In this document: piece by piece, positions 20,739 to 29,573 of the stretch | Position numbering within the stretch: position 1 is the stretch's first letter | Layout: every line of letters starts with the position of its first letter | NCBI GenBank assembly: GCA_021788365.1 | Contig: JAJYKS010000001.1 | Coordinates: forward strand, 3,887-67,886 | DNA: 64,000 nt | From: a bacterium | GTDB taxonomy: Bacteria; Patescibacteriota; Microgenomatia; UBA1400; UBA12108 | Reading direction: 5' to 3' | The notes under the pieces: model-generated | What the model was told of the DNA's origin: nothing | Databases searched by the model: none | Seen by the model: only the letters and a program-made list of their open reading frames with translations | Translations under genes and position numbers: made by a program

Positions 20739-21641
20739 TTACTGTTTTCTCCAAAAATCTAATACATTTATTATAGTCTTGTCTAGGGGTATTGTGGGTG
20801 TCCAGCCGGTTGCCGCTACAAATTTGCTATTGTCGGCTACTAGAATTGGCACGTCGGCAGTACGCTGGTTCCCGACATCTATACGTATAGGTATATCTAT
20901 TTTGGTAACTTTGCGGAAGAGTTCGATGACGTCGTGGATGCTGACCCCATGCCCTGAGCCTATGTTGTATACTTCGCCACTCTTACACTTCTCTCCGGCC
21001 AAAATATAGGCATCAACCATGTCTTCCACGTCGGTAAAATCCCGTATCGTGGCTGTATTACCGACAACTATTTCAGATATTTCACCTCGCTCGGCACTGA
21101 CAAACTGTTTTGCAAGGGCCGGGATCACGAAATTTGGCGTTTGACCAGGACCAGTGTGGTTGAACGGGCGCAAGATCACTATATCCATGTTGTATGCGAG
21201 GTAATATTCCTGTGCCAGGAGTTCTTGTGTTACTTTGGATACAGCGTACGGATTCAGGGGGCGCTGCGGACACGTTTCTTTTATCGGCGTATCGACAGCT
21301 GCGACTAAGCCGTACCCATTTGCTGAGCAGATCGCGACGATGCGGGTTCCTGGCGCGTGGAGTCGCACGGCTTCGAGTATGTTGTATTGCAACACACTGT
21401 TTGCGGTCAGGATTTGCGGCGCATTTCGCTCACTCCCCTCAACCACGGAGAGCGCCGCCAGCTGATACACAACGTCTGGCTTTGTCTCTTGTATAAGGCG
21501 CTCGGTGTAGGCAAAATCGGTGAGATCGGTTGTGGGACTATACACGGATTGACTGACGGTATATCCCTTTTTCTCAAGTTTCGCCACCAAATGTTTTCCT
21601 ACGAATCCCCCTGCGCCGGTGACCAAAATTTTATGCGTCAT
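20739..21641 (-). CDS. rmd: GDP-4-dehydro-6-deoxy-D-mannose reductase (Rmd-like NAD-dependent epimerase/dehydratase)
   Basis: 300 aa. '[15 protein letters not shown]', '[10 protein letters not shown]', 'FVIPALAKQ', 'YNIGSGH' parallel Pseudomonas Rmd motifs. Adjacent to gmd. Confidence 0.6.
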   Translation of the reverse strand: MTHKILVTGAGGFVGKHLVAKLEKKGYTVSQSVYSPTTDLTDFAYTERLIQETKPDVVYQLAALSVVEGSERNAPQILTANSVLQYNILEAVRLHAPGTRIVAICSANGYGLVAAVDTPIKETCPQRPLNPYAVSKVTQELLAQEYYLAYNMDIVILRPFNHTGPGQTPNFVIPALAKQFVSAERGEISEIVVGNTATIRDFTDVEDMVDAYILAGEKCKSGEVYNIGSGHGVSIHDVIELFRKVTKIDIPIRIDVGNQRTADVPILVADNSKFVAATGWTPTIPLDKTIINVLDFWRKQ

Positions 21642-21643
21642 AA

Positions 21644-21680
21644 AATTTAATTTTCAATTATCAATTTCCAATTTTCAAAT
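21644..21680 (-). promoter_or_regulatory. AT-rich AATTGAAAATTG-type upstream element (rmd gene)
   Basis: Minus strand TTGAAAATTGGAAATTGATAATTGAAAATTAAATTTT immediately followed by ATG 21641. Possible -35 TTGGAA / -10 TAAATT and a leaderless start. Confidence 0.35.
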
Positions 21681-21682
21681 AC

Positions 21683-22972
21683 TTACCTTCCGATACCTTT
21701 ATACTGCAGGCCGGCGGCAGTAACGGCAGCGGGATCGTATTGGTTGCGGGTATCAAAAAAATATTTTGGTGCCACCATACTTGCTGCAATTTTCCCTAGG
21801 TCAAGTTTTTTATATTCGTCCCATTCTATAAGAAGCATAGCAATGTGTGCCCCACGGACTGCCTCGTAGGCATTTTCTACATAGGTTACGCTACTTGGTA
21901 GAAGTGGTTTGCTTTCGTCTATGGCTTTGGGGTCTGTTGCGCGTACTATTGCACCATGTTCTATGAGCCACGGAACTATTTTGAGTGAAGGGGCAACGCG
22001 TGTGTCGTTGGTGTTTGGCTTGAACGATAGACCTAAAATCCCAACCGTTTTTCCTGCAAAGCCACCTACCAATTTGTCGTATTTTTCCATGAGGCGCGGG
22101 ATTCGTTTTTCGTTGAGATCGTCGACAGCAATAAAGATACTTTCTGTCTCCCCCACAGTACGGGCATATGCGGCGATTTCCTTTACGTCTTTAGGGAAAC
22201 ACGATCCACCGTACCCCAAACCGGGATACCAATAGTGGGTGCCGATACGCTTGTCTTGACCAATACCAGCCAACACTTCTTGAACATCCGCGCCATTCAG
22301 CTCGCACAGATCAGCCATTTGGTTGGCAAAGGTTATACGCGAGGCAAGGTAAACGTTTGCTGCGTATTTTGCCATCTGTGCTGACTCTGGTCGTACAATA
22401 ACAACATTCTTGGTCAGCGACTCATGCAGTTTCGTGAGCGTCGCTATTGTCCGTTCGTTTGTCGCTCCTATTACCGCTCGATCTGGATGGAGCGTATCCT
22501 CTACCGCTGTCCCCTCTTTTAGAAACTCGGGTACCGAGGCGATATCAAAGAAAACTTTCGTACCTCTTTCAATGATCTCATGAACTTTGCTGTTGGTGCC
22601 AGGTGGAACGGTGCTCTTGACGATGACAATTGCCCCCTCTTTTAGATAAGGAGCCATCGCTTCTGACGCTGCGTATACATATTTGAGATCGGCCGTGCCA
22701 TCCGCGGCCGATGGCGTGCCTACCATAATCATTACGATGTCGGCACCCGATATCGCTAACTCGTATGAAGTAGTAAACGTGAGATGACCCTCTGCCTGCG
22801 TTTTTACCAACAGTTCCTGCAACCCTGGCTCATAAAATGGTACAACCCCATGCCGGAGTGAATCGATCTTTTTTTCGTCGATGTCGAGACCAACGACTTC
22901 GTTCCCTAGGCTAGCGAATACCGCGGCCGTCACCACTCCGACAAATCCTGTGCCGATACATGCGATTTTCAT
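21683..22972 (-). CDS. ugd: UDP-glucose 6-dehydrogenase
   Basis: 429 aa. 'MKIACIGTGFVGVVTAAVFASLGNEVVGLDIDEKKI' NAD-binding N-terminus and the UDPG/GDP-mannose dehydrogenase family architecture. Confidence 0.8.
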   Translation of the reverse strand: MKIACIGTGFVGVVTAAVFASLGNEVVGLDIDEKKIDSLRHGVVPFYEPGLQELLVKTQAEGHLTFTTSYELAISGADIVMIMVGTPSAADGTADLKYVYAASEAMAPYLKEGAIVIVKSTVPPGTNSKVHEIIERGTKVFFDIASVPEFLKEGTAVEDTLHPDRAVIGATNERTIATLTKLHESLTKNVVIVRPESAQMAKYAANVYLASRITFANQMADLCELNGADVQEVLAGIGQDKRIGTHYWYPGLGYGGSCFPKDVKEIAAYARTVGETESIFIAVDDLNEKRIPRLMEKYDKLVGGFAGKTVGILGLSFKPNTNDTRVAPSLKIVPWLIEHGAIVRATDPKAIDESKPLLPSSVTYVENAYEAVRGAHIAMLLIEWDEYKKLDLGKIAASMVAPKYFFDTRNQYDPAAVTAAGLQYKGIGR

Positions 22973-22984
22973 TAGCTTATGATA

Positions 22985-23518
22985 TCAGGATTGCAGTAAC
23001 TTGGCGACCGTGGCGGCGAAATCTGGGTTCTTTTTGATCTTTGCAACCCCTTCCTCAATTGGGAACCAACCAGCATCGTAGTACTCTTTTTCGAGATACT
23101 GGAATGGTTGCTCTGGTATGTGTACTAAGAACCACATGTCGTAGTGGACCATACAACCTTGTTCCGGCCGGTCGATGTTTTTGACCGAGAGAGAAAACGG
23201 TTCGAGCATAGACTTGATTATCGTAGTTGCGAGCTCCTCCCGCATCTCACGGATTGCGGTCATGCTGGGCGTCTCCCCAGGCTCGATGTGACCGCCAGGA
23301 GGGATCCAATCGTCCGCTTTTTTGTGATGGCCGAGATAGATCGTCCCTGAGTGTTTGTCGTATGGTAAGAAGAAGGCGCAGTAGTGTGCCTGGGCTCTTT
23401 CGCCCTTGGTGTGAAATGGTTGTTTTTGCTTAAATTCGCGAAATTGTTCTACTACTGTGGGAGTGACATGGGGAGCGATATAGAGGGATTCGATTTCGTC
23501 CCATGCATCCTGTAGCAT
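22985..23518 (-). CDS. NUDIX hydrolase
   Basis: Nudix box 'GGHIEPGETPSMTAIREMREELA'. The ORF track start (23695) overlaps trmD. The in-frame ATG at 23518 (MLQDAWDE...) is the likely start. Confidence 0.65.
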   Translation of the reverse strand: MLQDAWDEIESLYIAPHVTPTVVEQFREFKQKQPFHTKGERAQAHYCAFFLPYDKHSGTIYLGHHKKADDWIPPGGHIEPGETPSMTAIREMREELATTIIKSMLEPFSLSVKNIDRPEQGCMVHYDMWFLVHIPEQPFQYLEKEYYDAGWFPIEEGVAKIKKNPDFAATVAKLLQS

Positions 23519-23539
23519 AAGTGCATTATAATACGTCGT

Positions 23540-24205
23540 ATGCGGATTGATATTGTTACTTTGTTCCCCGAATTCTTTGACACACTGAAAACTCACAGCA
23601 TCGTGGGGCGGGCGTTGGCAAATAAAAAAATAGAACTGGTGACGCATAATATGCGCGACTGGTCGCACGACGCGTACAAAACGGTGGACGACCATCCCTA
23701 CGGCGGCGGTGTGGGCATGGTACTAAAAGTAGACGTCGTTGCACCCGCGATTGCCGATGTACGAAAGGAAAATCCTGAGGCGCCAGTACTCTTAACAACG
23801 CCGCAGGGCGTGCCGTACTCGCAACACGTTGCACGTACCTTGTCGAGTAAAAGCGGACTCATTATCGTTTGCGGACACTACGAGGGATACGACGAGCGGA
23901 TACGAGACTACGTGGACCTCGAGATCTCGGTAGGTGATTTCGTCCTCACCGGCGGAGAGATACCGGCGATGGCTATCGTTGACTCTGTCGCGCGGCTCCT
24001 GCCCGGCGTACTCGGGCATGACGAGAGCAGCCAGGACGAGTCGTTCTCCGAGGGACTATTGGAATACCCCCAGTACACGCGACCGCCCGAGTATGACAAT
24101 AAGAAAGTACCGGAAATACTCCTTGGCGGTAATCACAAAGAAATACAGCAGTGGCGAACTCAAGAGTCCAAACTTCGCACAAAGAGTCGACGACCTGATT
24201 TATAA
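23540..24205 (+). CDS. trmD: tRNA (guanine37-N1)-methyltransferase
   Basis: 221 aa. 'MRIDIVTLFPEFF...DHPYGGGVGMVLK...IIVCGHYEGYDERI' are canonical TrmD SPOUT motifs. One of the few plus-strand genes. Confidence 0.9.
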   Translation: MRIDIVTLFPEFFDTLKTHSIVGRALANKKIELVTHNMRDWSHDAYKTVDDHPYGGGVGMVLKVDVVAPAIADVRKENPEAPVLLTTPQGVPYSQHVARTLSSKSGLIIVCGHYEGYDERIRDYVDLEISVGDFVLTGGEIPAMAIVDSVARLLPGVLGHDESSQDESFSEGLLEYPQYTRPPEYDNKKVPEILLGGNHKEIQQWRTQESKLRTKSRRPDL

Positions 24206-24790
24206 CGGTTTGGCGACAACAACGAACCGCTGACTATCCAGGAATCCGGCGCAGGTGTAGAGCGTCAGCGTCTCTGTATTTGTTGGCGAGAGTAGTTTCG
24301 TGTTTGCGGGGTCTACTTGCTGCATCGATACGATTTTGTAGGAACGAGTGGTACCATCCGACAGTGTCAGTACGATCGTCTCGTTACCCTTTAGTGCGCG
24401 AATATTACCGAGGACGGTCCGTAGGTTGTGCCCGTAGATTATCATGTTGCCATCCGTACTGGGACGTGCAGATTGTGCGAGATAGGAAGCCTTGTCAGGA
24501 GAAATGGTCCAGTGATTGTCGGTGTACACCTCTTTCTCTATATCGACGTCCACGAACCATTTAATAAATATGTGCGTCGGCACTGGAAGCGGCGCGACGG
24601 CAGGCGCTGCGTGATATTCCGCAACAATTTTTTTGTCTATGGAAAGTGCGCGAAAACGCACGATGTTATGTACCGTGGAGACAGTCACCATCCCTATACC
24701 AAAAATAATTAATATTTCTGGAAGATATGAGAAGCGTGCACGATGAGACGATTTTTTAGCGGGAGGAGTGTGATTTCTTTTTCTTGCCAT
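24200..24790 (-). CDS. Sortase family transpeptidase
   Basis: 196 aa. N-terminal transmembrane anchor. 'MIIYGHNL' (catalytic His), 'LTLYTCAGF' (TLxTC Cys) and downstream R. Confidence 0.65.
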   Translation of the reverse strand: MARKRNHTPPAKKSSHRARFSYLPEILIIFGIGMVTVSTVHNIVRFRALSIDKKIVAEYHAAPAVAPLPVPTHIFIKWFVDVDIEKEVYTDNHWTISPDKASYLAQSARPSTDGNMIIYGHNLRTVLGNIRALKGNETIVLTLSDGTTRSYKIVSMQQVDPANTKLLSPTNTETLTLYTCAGFLDSQRFVVVAKPL

Positions 24791-25607
24791 AGAGCACCGA
24801 GCCTGATAGCGTCATGAGACCGCCGACGGAACCCAGCGCATTCATAATAACATCATCTACTACGCCAGTCTTTGCATAGGTTGAGGCACCTAGCACCTCA
24901 CCTTGCGGCTCGGGAGAATTACTTGAAGATGAGCTCGAGGAGTTGGAACTTGAGGAAGATGAAGAACTGGATGATGAGCTAGAGGAGCTGGGCGATGGCG
25001 AAGGAGATGACTCTACCGACGCGGATGGCGAGGGGGAGGCTGACTCGGAGGCCGATGGCGATGGTTCTAGCGAAGGCGACGGTGAGGGAGAGACACACTC
25101 TTCGTCTTCTACGCATGGGTCTACTGATGGACTTGGTGAGGGTGAGGGTGACAATTCTGGCGACGCGCTTGGAGATGGGGATGGGGAGGGACTTGGGGAG
25201 GGACTAAGACTAGGTGAGGGTGACGGACTGGCGGGAATATGACAGCCGTTGTTATAGATCTCCTGGCCTTCGCTTGTCCAGTTCATACCTGGATAGTTGA
25301 AACTACCATTGATATAGGGAGGAATGATATCTCCCCAATCGTGGCCTGGATAGATAGGTCCTGTGTGGTTGAGATGTCCACCAGAGAGCGAACCATCGTT
25401 TTGAATATTAGGGGTGTTCACTACGTAGGGATTGGAGTTGGAGTCAGATGCATGACAGATGGTTATTTTATCGTTGTCATTGTTATCATCATTATGGGCA
25501 AAGGCAGGGGAAGGGTTTACCGAAAAAAGATGCGATAACGATACGGCGGCAAAAACGATTGAGATAAAAACAAATAGCGACGTCAACCTTGCAAAATGCT
25601 TTCTCAT
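24756..25607 (-). CDS. Secreted Ser/Pro-repeat protein with C-terminal sorting-signal-like anchor (putative sortase substrate)
   Basis: The ORF track start is a TTG. ATG at 25607 gives signal peptide MRKHFARLTSLFVFISIVFAAVSLSHLFSVNPSPAFA. Long SPSPSP/SSSS linker. The C-terminus reads '...PEPQGEVLGASTYAKTG' + hydrophobic stretch + 'KKKKSHSSR'. Confidence 0.55.
   Translation of the reverse strand: MRKHFARLTSLFVFISIVFAAVSLSHLFSVNPSPAFAHNDDNNDNDKITICHASDSNSNPYVVNTPNIQNDGSLSGGHLNHTGPIYPGHDWGDIIPPYINGSFNYPGMNWTSEGQEIYNNGCHIPASPSPSPSLSPSPSPSPSPSPSASPELSPSPSPSPSVDPCVEDEECVSPSPSPSLEPSPSASESASPSPSASVESSPSPSPSSSSSSSSSSSSSSSNSSSSSSSNSPEPQGEVLGASTYAKTGVVDDVIMNALGSVGGLMTLSGSVLYGKKKKSHSSR
24900..25215. repeat. 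Low-complexity coding repeat (Ser-Pro / poly-Ser linker)
   Basis: Tandem degenerate short repeats encoding (SP)n and Sn inside ORF 24756..25607. They also generate spurious antisense ORFs (24943..25242, 24995..25207). Confidence 0.5.
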
Positions 25608-25650
25608 TGCGGCTATAGTACTATTTATAGGACTTAATGTCAAGAGGTGA

Positions 25651-26553
25651 TTAACTGGTTATATCCGTCAAACCTTCGTCTATAGTCGCAAAATGGAGGC
25701 CTAAATCTCGTGTCGCTTTTGCGTTGCTCATTTTTACCGTGCGAGCAAAGGGCCGCGCAGCGGTCTTTAGATATTCGGTGAGGCTCCCCTCTTTGACCAC
25801 CGCTGGATCAAATCCGTAGGCGACGGCGACTTTTTTTGCCAGCTCATAGGGCGAGAGCGAAGTGCTACCTACGACATGATAGATGCCGGATACTTTCCTC
25901 TCCGCCACAACGTCTAGGGCTCTTGCAATGTCATCGATGAAGGTTGGCGTTATTGCCGTATCGGTAAATTGTGGGTAGAGCTTGCCCGTCTCCAAACCTA
26001 TTTTTATCTTCTTGATGATATCGGGCTTGAGATCGTAAGCCTTGCGGTATGGATAGCTAATGCGAACGATAGTATACGACGCGCCGCTCTTTACCACTTC
26101 TTCCTCGGCCATTGCCTTTGTCTCACCGTACCACTCGATTGGGGATACTGCGTCATCCTCGGTGTATGGCGTTTCTTTTTTGCCATCGAAAACAAAATCA
26201 GTCGAAATATGGATGAGATGCATCCCACGGGCTTTGCATACTTCGGCAATATTTTTTGTTCCCATGACATTTACCCTGTAACAAATCCCCTCTTTGTTTC
26301 CCGCCTCGGCAAACGCTTTGTTTGTGTCGGTAAAGGCAGCCATGTGAATGAGGACTGGGGCTGGGCCCACCTTCGCTGAAGCTCCGGTGGGTAAATGTGC
26401 GTCGACAAACGACTCTACACTAGCCTTATCGGTGATGTCTACCCCGGTGGTGAGATCGATGTTGCCGACCTCGTATTTGTCCGCAAACATTTCTACGAAA
26501 CGAGAACCGACGAGGCCGGTGGCGCCGGTCATGAGAAGCGCTATTTTTGCCAT
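25651..26553 (-). CDS. rmlD: dTDP-4-dehydrorhamnose reductase-like (RmlD family)
   Basis: 300 aa. 'IALLMTGATGLVGSRF', 'YGETKAMAEE', 'SPYELAK' resemble RmlD/RfbD. Confidence 0.75.
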   Translation of the reverse strand: MAKIALLMTGATGLVGSRFVEMFADKYEVGNIDLTTGVDITDKASVESFVDAHLPTGASAKVGPAPVLIHMAAFTDTNKAFAEAGNKEGICYRVNVMGTKNIAEVCKARGMHLIHISTDFVFDGKKETPYTEDDAVSPIEWYGETKAMAEEEVVKSGASYTIVRISYPYRKAYDLKPDIIKKIKIGLETGKLYPQFTDTAITPTFIDDIARALDVVAERKVSGIYHVVGSTSLSPYELAKKVAVAYGFDPAVVKEGSLTEYLKTAARPFARTVKMSNAKATRDLGLHFATIDEGLTDITS

Positions 26554-26557
26554 ATTT

Positions 26558-26980
26558 TTACTCCTCTTTTAGTAACTTCTGAAACTCCTCGTAGTTCTCG
26601 CAATAATCCGCGCGGACGGGATCGTAGTTGGTACTCGTGATAGCTACAATCACGCAGTCTTGCGACATGTCCTTGAAGCCGTGCCACACCATGTGGGGGA
26701 CGGAGATGGCGTTTTGTGGACCAGAGAGGACCACGTCTTCCAGACCATGTCCGTCATCGACAACTATTGTCGACTGTCCCTGAAGCTGTACAAAGAGCTC
26801 ATCTTCTTCTGCTCTGTGGGCGTGGTTGCCGCTTTTCATCTCTCCCTTGGGACTGGTGATGAAATAGACTCGTTTTACGGTGAAGTTTATGTACTCCTTG
26901 AGCTCGAGAGCGGTCATGGTAAAGGTGGGCGCCTGAATATTCTTTAGCGTAAACACTTTGTAGCGACGATCGTCTGCCAT
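26558..26980 (-). CDS. FdtA/WxcM-like cupin (dTDP-4-keto-6-deoxy-hexose 3,4-ketoisomerase family)
   Basis: 140 aa. 'KRVYFITSPKGEMKSGNHAH' and '...VPHMVWHGFKDMSQDCVIVAITSTNYD' parallel FdtA motifs. No RmlC-like 'RGLHFQ' motif. Confidence 0.6.
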   Translation of the reverse strand: MADDRRYKVFTLKNIQAPTFTMTALELKEYINFTVKRVYFITSPKGEMKSGNHAHRAEEDELFVQLQGQSTIVVDDGHGLEDVVLSGPQNAISVPHMVWHGFKDMSQDCVIVAITSTNYDPVRADYCENYEEFQKLLKEE

Positions 26981-27007
26981 AGCTATCCCTTTTCGGCCAA
27001 AGGCCGA

Positions 27008-28078
27008 TCAGCCTTTGGCTGAAATGTGCTGATTAATCTCGCTCATGCGAGCGTGAATCTTGTGAACCCATTCGGAGTTGTCTAGGTACCATTGCACGGT
27101 TTCCTTTAGTCCCTGCTCAAATTTATCCCGAGTGTATACCGGCTCCCAGCCGAGCGCCAAGATCTTCGTGGCGTCTATCGCGTAGCGGCGGTCGTGGCCG
27201 GGTCTGTCTTGTACAAAGGTCATAAGACTCTCTGGCTTGCCCAAAATCTTCAAGACCATTTTGGTAATCTCCAGGTTATTTCGCTCATTATCTACGCCAA
27301 TGTTGTAAACCTCTCCTGGTGTACCTTTGTGAAGCAGGAGGTCGAGCGCACGGCTATGATCAACCGCATGGATCCAGTCACGGACGTTTAAGCCATCACC
27401 ATATACTGGGACGGGTTGGTCATCCATAGCCTTGAAAATGAAGAATGGGATCAATTTCTCTGGGTATTGGTACGGGCCGTAGTTGTTGCTGCAGTGGGTG
27501 ACGATGACCGGTGTCTTGTGAGTGACCCAGTAGGCGTGGCACATGAGGTCACCGCCAGCCTTGGCTGCGGCATAGGGCATGTTCGGCATAATGGGAGTGT
27601 CTTCGGTAAATTTCCTGTCCTCATCGAGACCAAGAGCTCCGTAGACCTCATCTGTCGAGACCTGCAACATGAGTTCGAGATTATTTGCTCGGGCTGCATC
27701 CAGGAGCATTTGCACGCCGAGACTATTTGTCAGGACAAAGTCTTTGATACCCCCGTGGATACTGCGATCTACGTGTGTCTCAGCGGCAAAGTTAATGAGG
27801 TGGGTGATGCCATATTTTTTTATAACTTCGTTTACGCGAGTCAGATCGGTGATATCGCCTTGCTCAAAGTGGTAGTGAGGATTTGTCTCGATTGATTTGA
27901 GATTATCTAGATTGCCTGCGTAGGTTAGTTTGTCGTAGTTGACGATCTCGTAGTCAGGGTACTTGCCCAGCATGTAGTGGATAAAATTGCTTCCGATAAA
28001 GCCGGCACCGCCGGCAACCATCAGCTTTACCGCTCCGCGGTATTTCGCACTATCTGTATTTTTTATTGAGCTCAACAT
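27008..28078 (-). CDS. rmlB: dTDP-glucose 4,6-dehydratase
   Basis: 356 aa. '(K)LMVAGGAGFIGSNFIHYML' and the conserved RmlB core. The real start may be the internal ATG at 28021. Confidence 0.9.
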   Translation of the reverse strand: MLSSIKNTDSAKYRGAVKLMVAGGAGFIGSNFIHYMLGKYPDYEIVNYDKLTYAGNLDNLKSIETNPHYHFEQGDITDLTRVNEVIKKYGITHLINFAAETHVDRSIHGGIKDFVLTNSLGVQMLLDAARANNLELMLQVSTDEVYGALGLDEDRKFTEDTPIMPNMPYAAAKAGGDLMCHAYWVTHKTPVIVTHCSNNYGPYQYPEKLIPFFIFKAMDDQPVPVYGDGLNVRDWIHAVDHSRALDLLLHKGTPGEVYNIGVDNERNNLEITKMVLKILGKPESLMTFVQDRPGHDRRYAIDATKILALGWEPVYTRDKFEQGLKETVQWYLDNSEWVHKIHARMSEINQHISAKG

Positions 28079-28086
28079 ACATTCTC

Positions 28087-28785
28087 CTATTTATGTACAA
28101 TTCTTTTATGCGTCAGTTTTTCGATCACTCCTAGACCGAGATGCGACAGCGCAATGATACCAAGATTTAGTGCGAGCGTCACCCCCAATACGATATTGAG
28201 CGAGGTGAGTGTTGTTGTGAGGACCGACCCCTCTGCTATCTGAAAAGAAACACCCGCACGGTAGAGCGCAAAGATAATGCCGCCGGACAAAACGAATATG
28301 ATGGGCCAGGACCGCCTATCTTCTTTCGAGATCATCATGCTGTTGCCAACTACCATGATCCCGTATCCTAAAAGTGCGAGCGACCACCACGGATACCCTC
28401 TTGCCCACCAGGCTGAAAAGAGATAGCCAAAGAGCGCCAGGAGCCCTAGTCCGCTTACAAATGGGGCTATGCCAATGACAAAACTACGAAGTGGGTCTGC
28501 CGAAGCAGTCATGACGTGCCCCAGTTTTTGCCGCTTTTCTTCACCGTTTGAAAAATCTGGAAGGATAGAGATTTCACCGGTCGGGACCTGTAGCACTTCG
28601 GCTACTATCCAGTGGGATAGCTCGTGAATAATGGTGCCGGGCAATACCATAACGCTGTATACAACAACGCCTGGGCGCGTTGAGCCGAAGAGCAACAAAC
28701 TAATTCCCGATAGCTCGAACACGAGCCGGCTGCGCACTGCCGAGAGGACGATTATCAGTACAATAAATAGTAGCGCGCTATACAC
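28087..28785 (-). CDS. Integral membrane protein with HExxH motif (putative membrane zinc metalloprotease)
   Basis: 232 aa, about 6 transmembrane segments. 'GTIIHELSHWIVAEV' HExxH lies in or near a transmembrane helix. Family not assigned. Confidence 0.45.
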   Translation of the reverse strand: MYSALLFIVLIIVLSAVRSRLVFELSGISLLLFGSTRPGVVVYSVMVLPGTIIHELSHWIVAEVLQVPTGEISILPDFSNGEEKRQKLGHVMTASADPLRSFVIGIAPFVSGLGLLALFGYLFSAWWARGYPWWSLALLGYGIMVVGNSMMISKEDRRSWPIIFVLSGGIIFALYRAGVSFQIAEGSVLTTTLTSLNIVLGVTLALNLGIIALSHLGLGVIEKLTHKRIVHK

Positions 28786-28787
28786 CT

Positions 28788-29525
28788 TTACAGGCCAAAT
28801 GTTTTAATACTCGCGTTTTTCTTCACCTCTGCGAACCAGGTGAGGAAGGCGCTCTGGAGCTTGTTCTGCTTCAACGTGTCTACGATCGTTGCTTTTGCCT
28901 GATCGAGTGTCTCGCCTTTATAAGTCGAGTCCTTGTTGGTGTCGTATTCTTTTTGTACCTCGGCGTCTGTCGGCGTCACCTTGTCTTTTAGGATCTCTTC
29001 GACTGCAAGCTGTGTGTACACCTGCTTCTGTAGATCACTTCTGGTCATACCGCGCTGTTTAAGGGCTATATCAAGGCCACCAACGTCTTTGAACTGATCT
29101 TCAAGGGTTTTCATCTGTGCGTCGACTGCCGATTGATCAATCTTTACCCCTGATTTGGCGATGGCGTCATCCAAGACCTGCTGGTTCGTCATGTCATCCA
29201 GCGTCTGAGCACCATAGCTAGACTCTAGTTTGTTCCAGAGCGCAAAACGGGTGATGGGATGGTTGTCCACTATGGCCGGCACCAACCATGGGCCTGCCTT
29301 ATAGGTAAGGAGCGCAACGGCGAGGATTACCACGGCAGCTGTTAAAACCTTTGTGTTGAGATGAAATTTCTTTGACGATGCCATGGGAGTAGCGGATATC
29401 GCAGCCATAGCTGGCGTGGAGGCGACCACTGGAGATACTTTCTTTGTCGATTTTACTGCGTGAGCAACGCGAGCAGACTTTGCCGTTGCTTTTGTTGTCT
29501 TGGTTGTTTTTTTCGCTGTGGCCAT
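28788..29525 (-). CDS. SurA N-terminal-domain-like membrane-anchored chaperone (PPIase domain absent)
   Basis: 245 aa. Lys/Thr-rich N-terminal tail, one transmembrane segment, then a helical domain resembling SurA_N/PpiD-N (DDAIAKSGVKIDQSAVDAQMKTLEDQF...). Confidence 0.5.
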   Translation of the reverse strand: MATAKKTTKTTKATAKSARVAHAVKSTKKVSPVVASTPAMAAISATPMASSKKFHLNTKVLTAAVVILAVALLTYKAGPWLVPAIVDNHPITRFALWNKLESSYGAQTLDDMTNQQVLDDAIAKSGVKIDQSAVDAQMKTLEDQFKDVGGLDIALKQRGMTRSDLQKQVYTQLAVEEILKDKVTPTDAEVQKEYDTNKDSTYKGETLDQAKATIVDTLKQNKLQSAFLTWFAEVKKNASIKTFGL

Positions 29526-29573
29526 GGTACTCCCTTCAATCGTCTATTGATAACTAGAATTGTAGCATAATTT

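Noticed and set aside
24943-25538. Plus-strand ORFs (99, 70, 99 aa) rich in Glu/Asp/Gly opposite the Ser/Pro repeat
   Set aside because: Mirror-image artefact of the low-complexity SP-repeat coding region on the other strand.
24756-25643. Canonical LPXTG or PEP-CTERM motif in the putative sortase substrate
   Set aside because: Only 'YAKTG' and a distant 'PEP' are present. Neither is positioned like a canonical sorting signal, so it is reported as a non-canonical motif.
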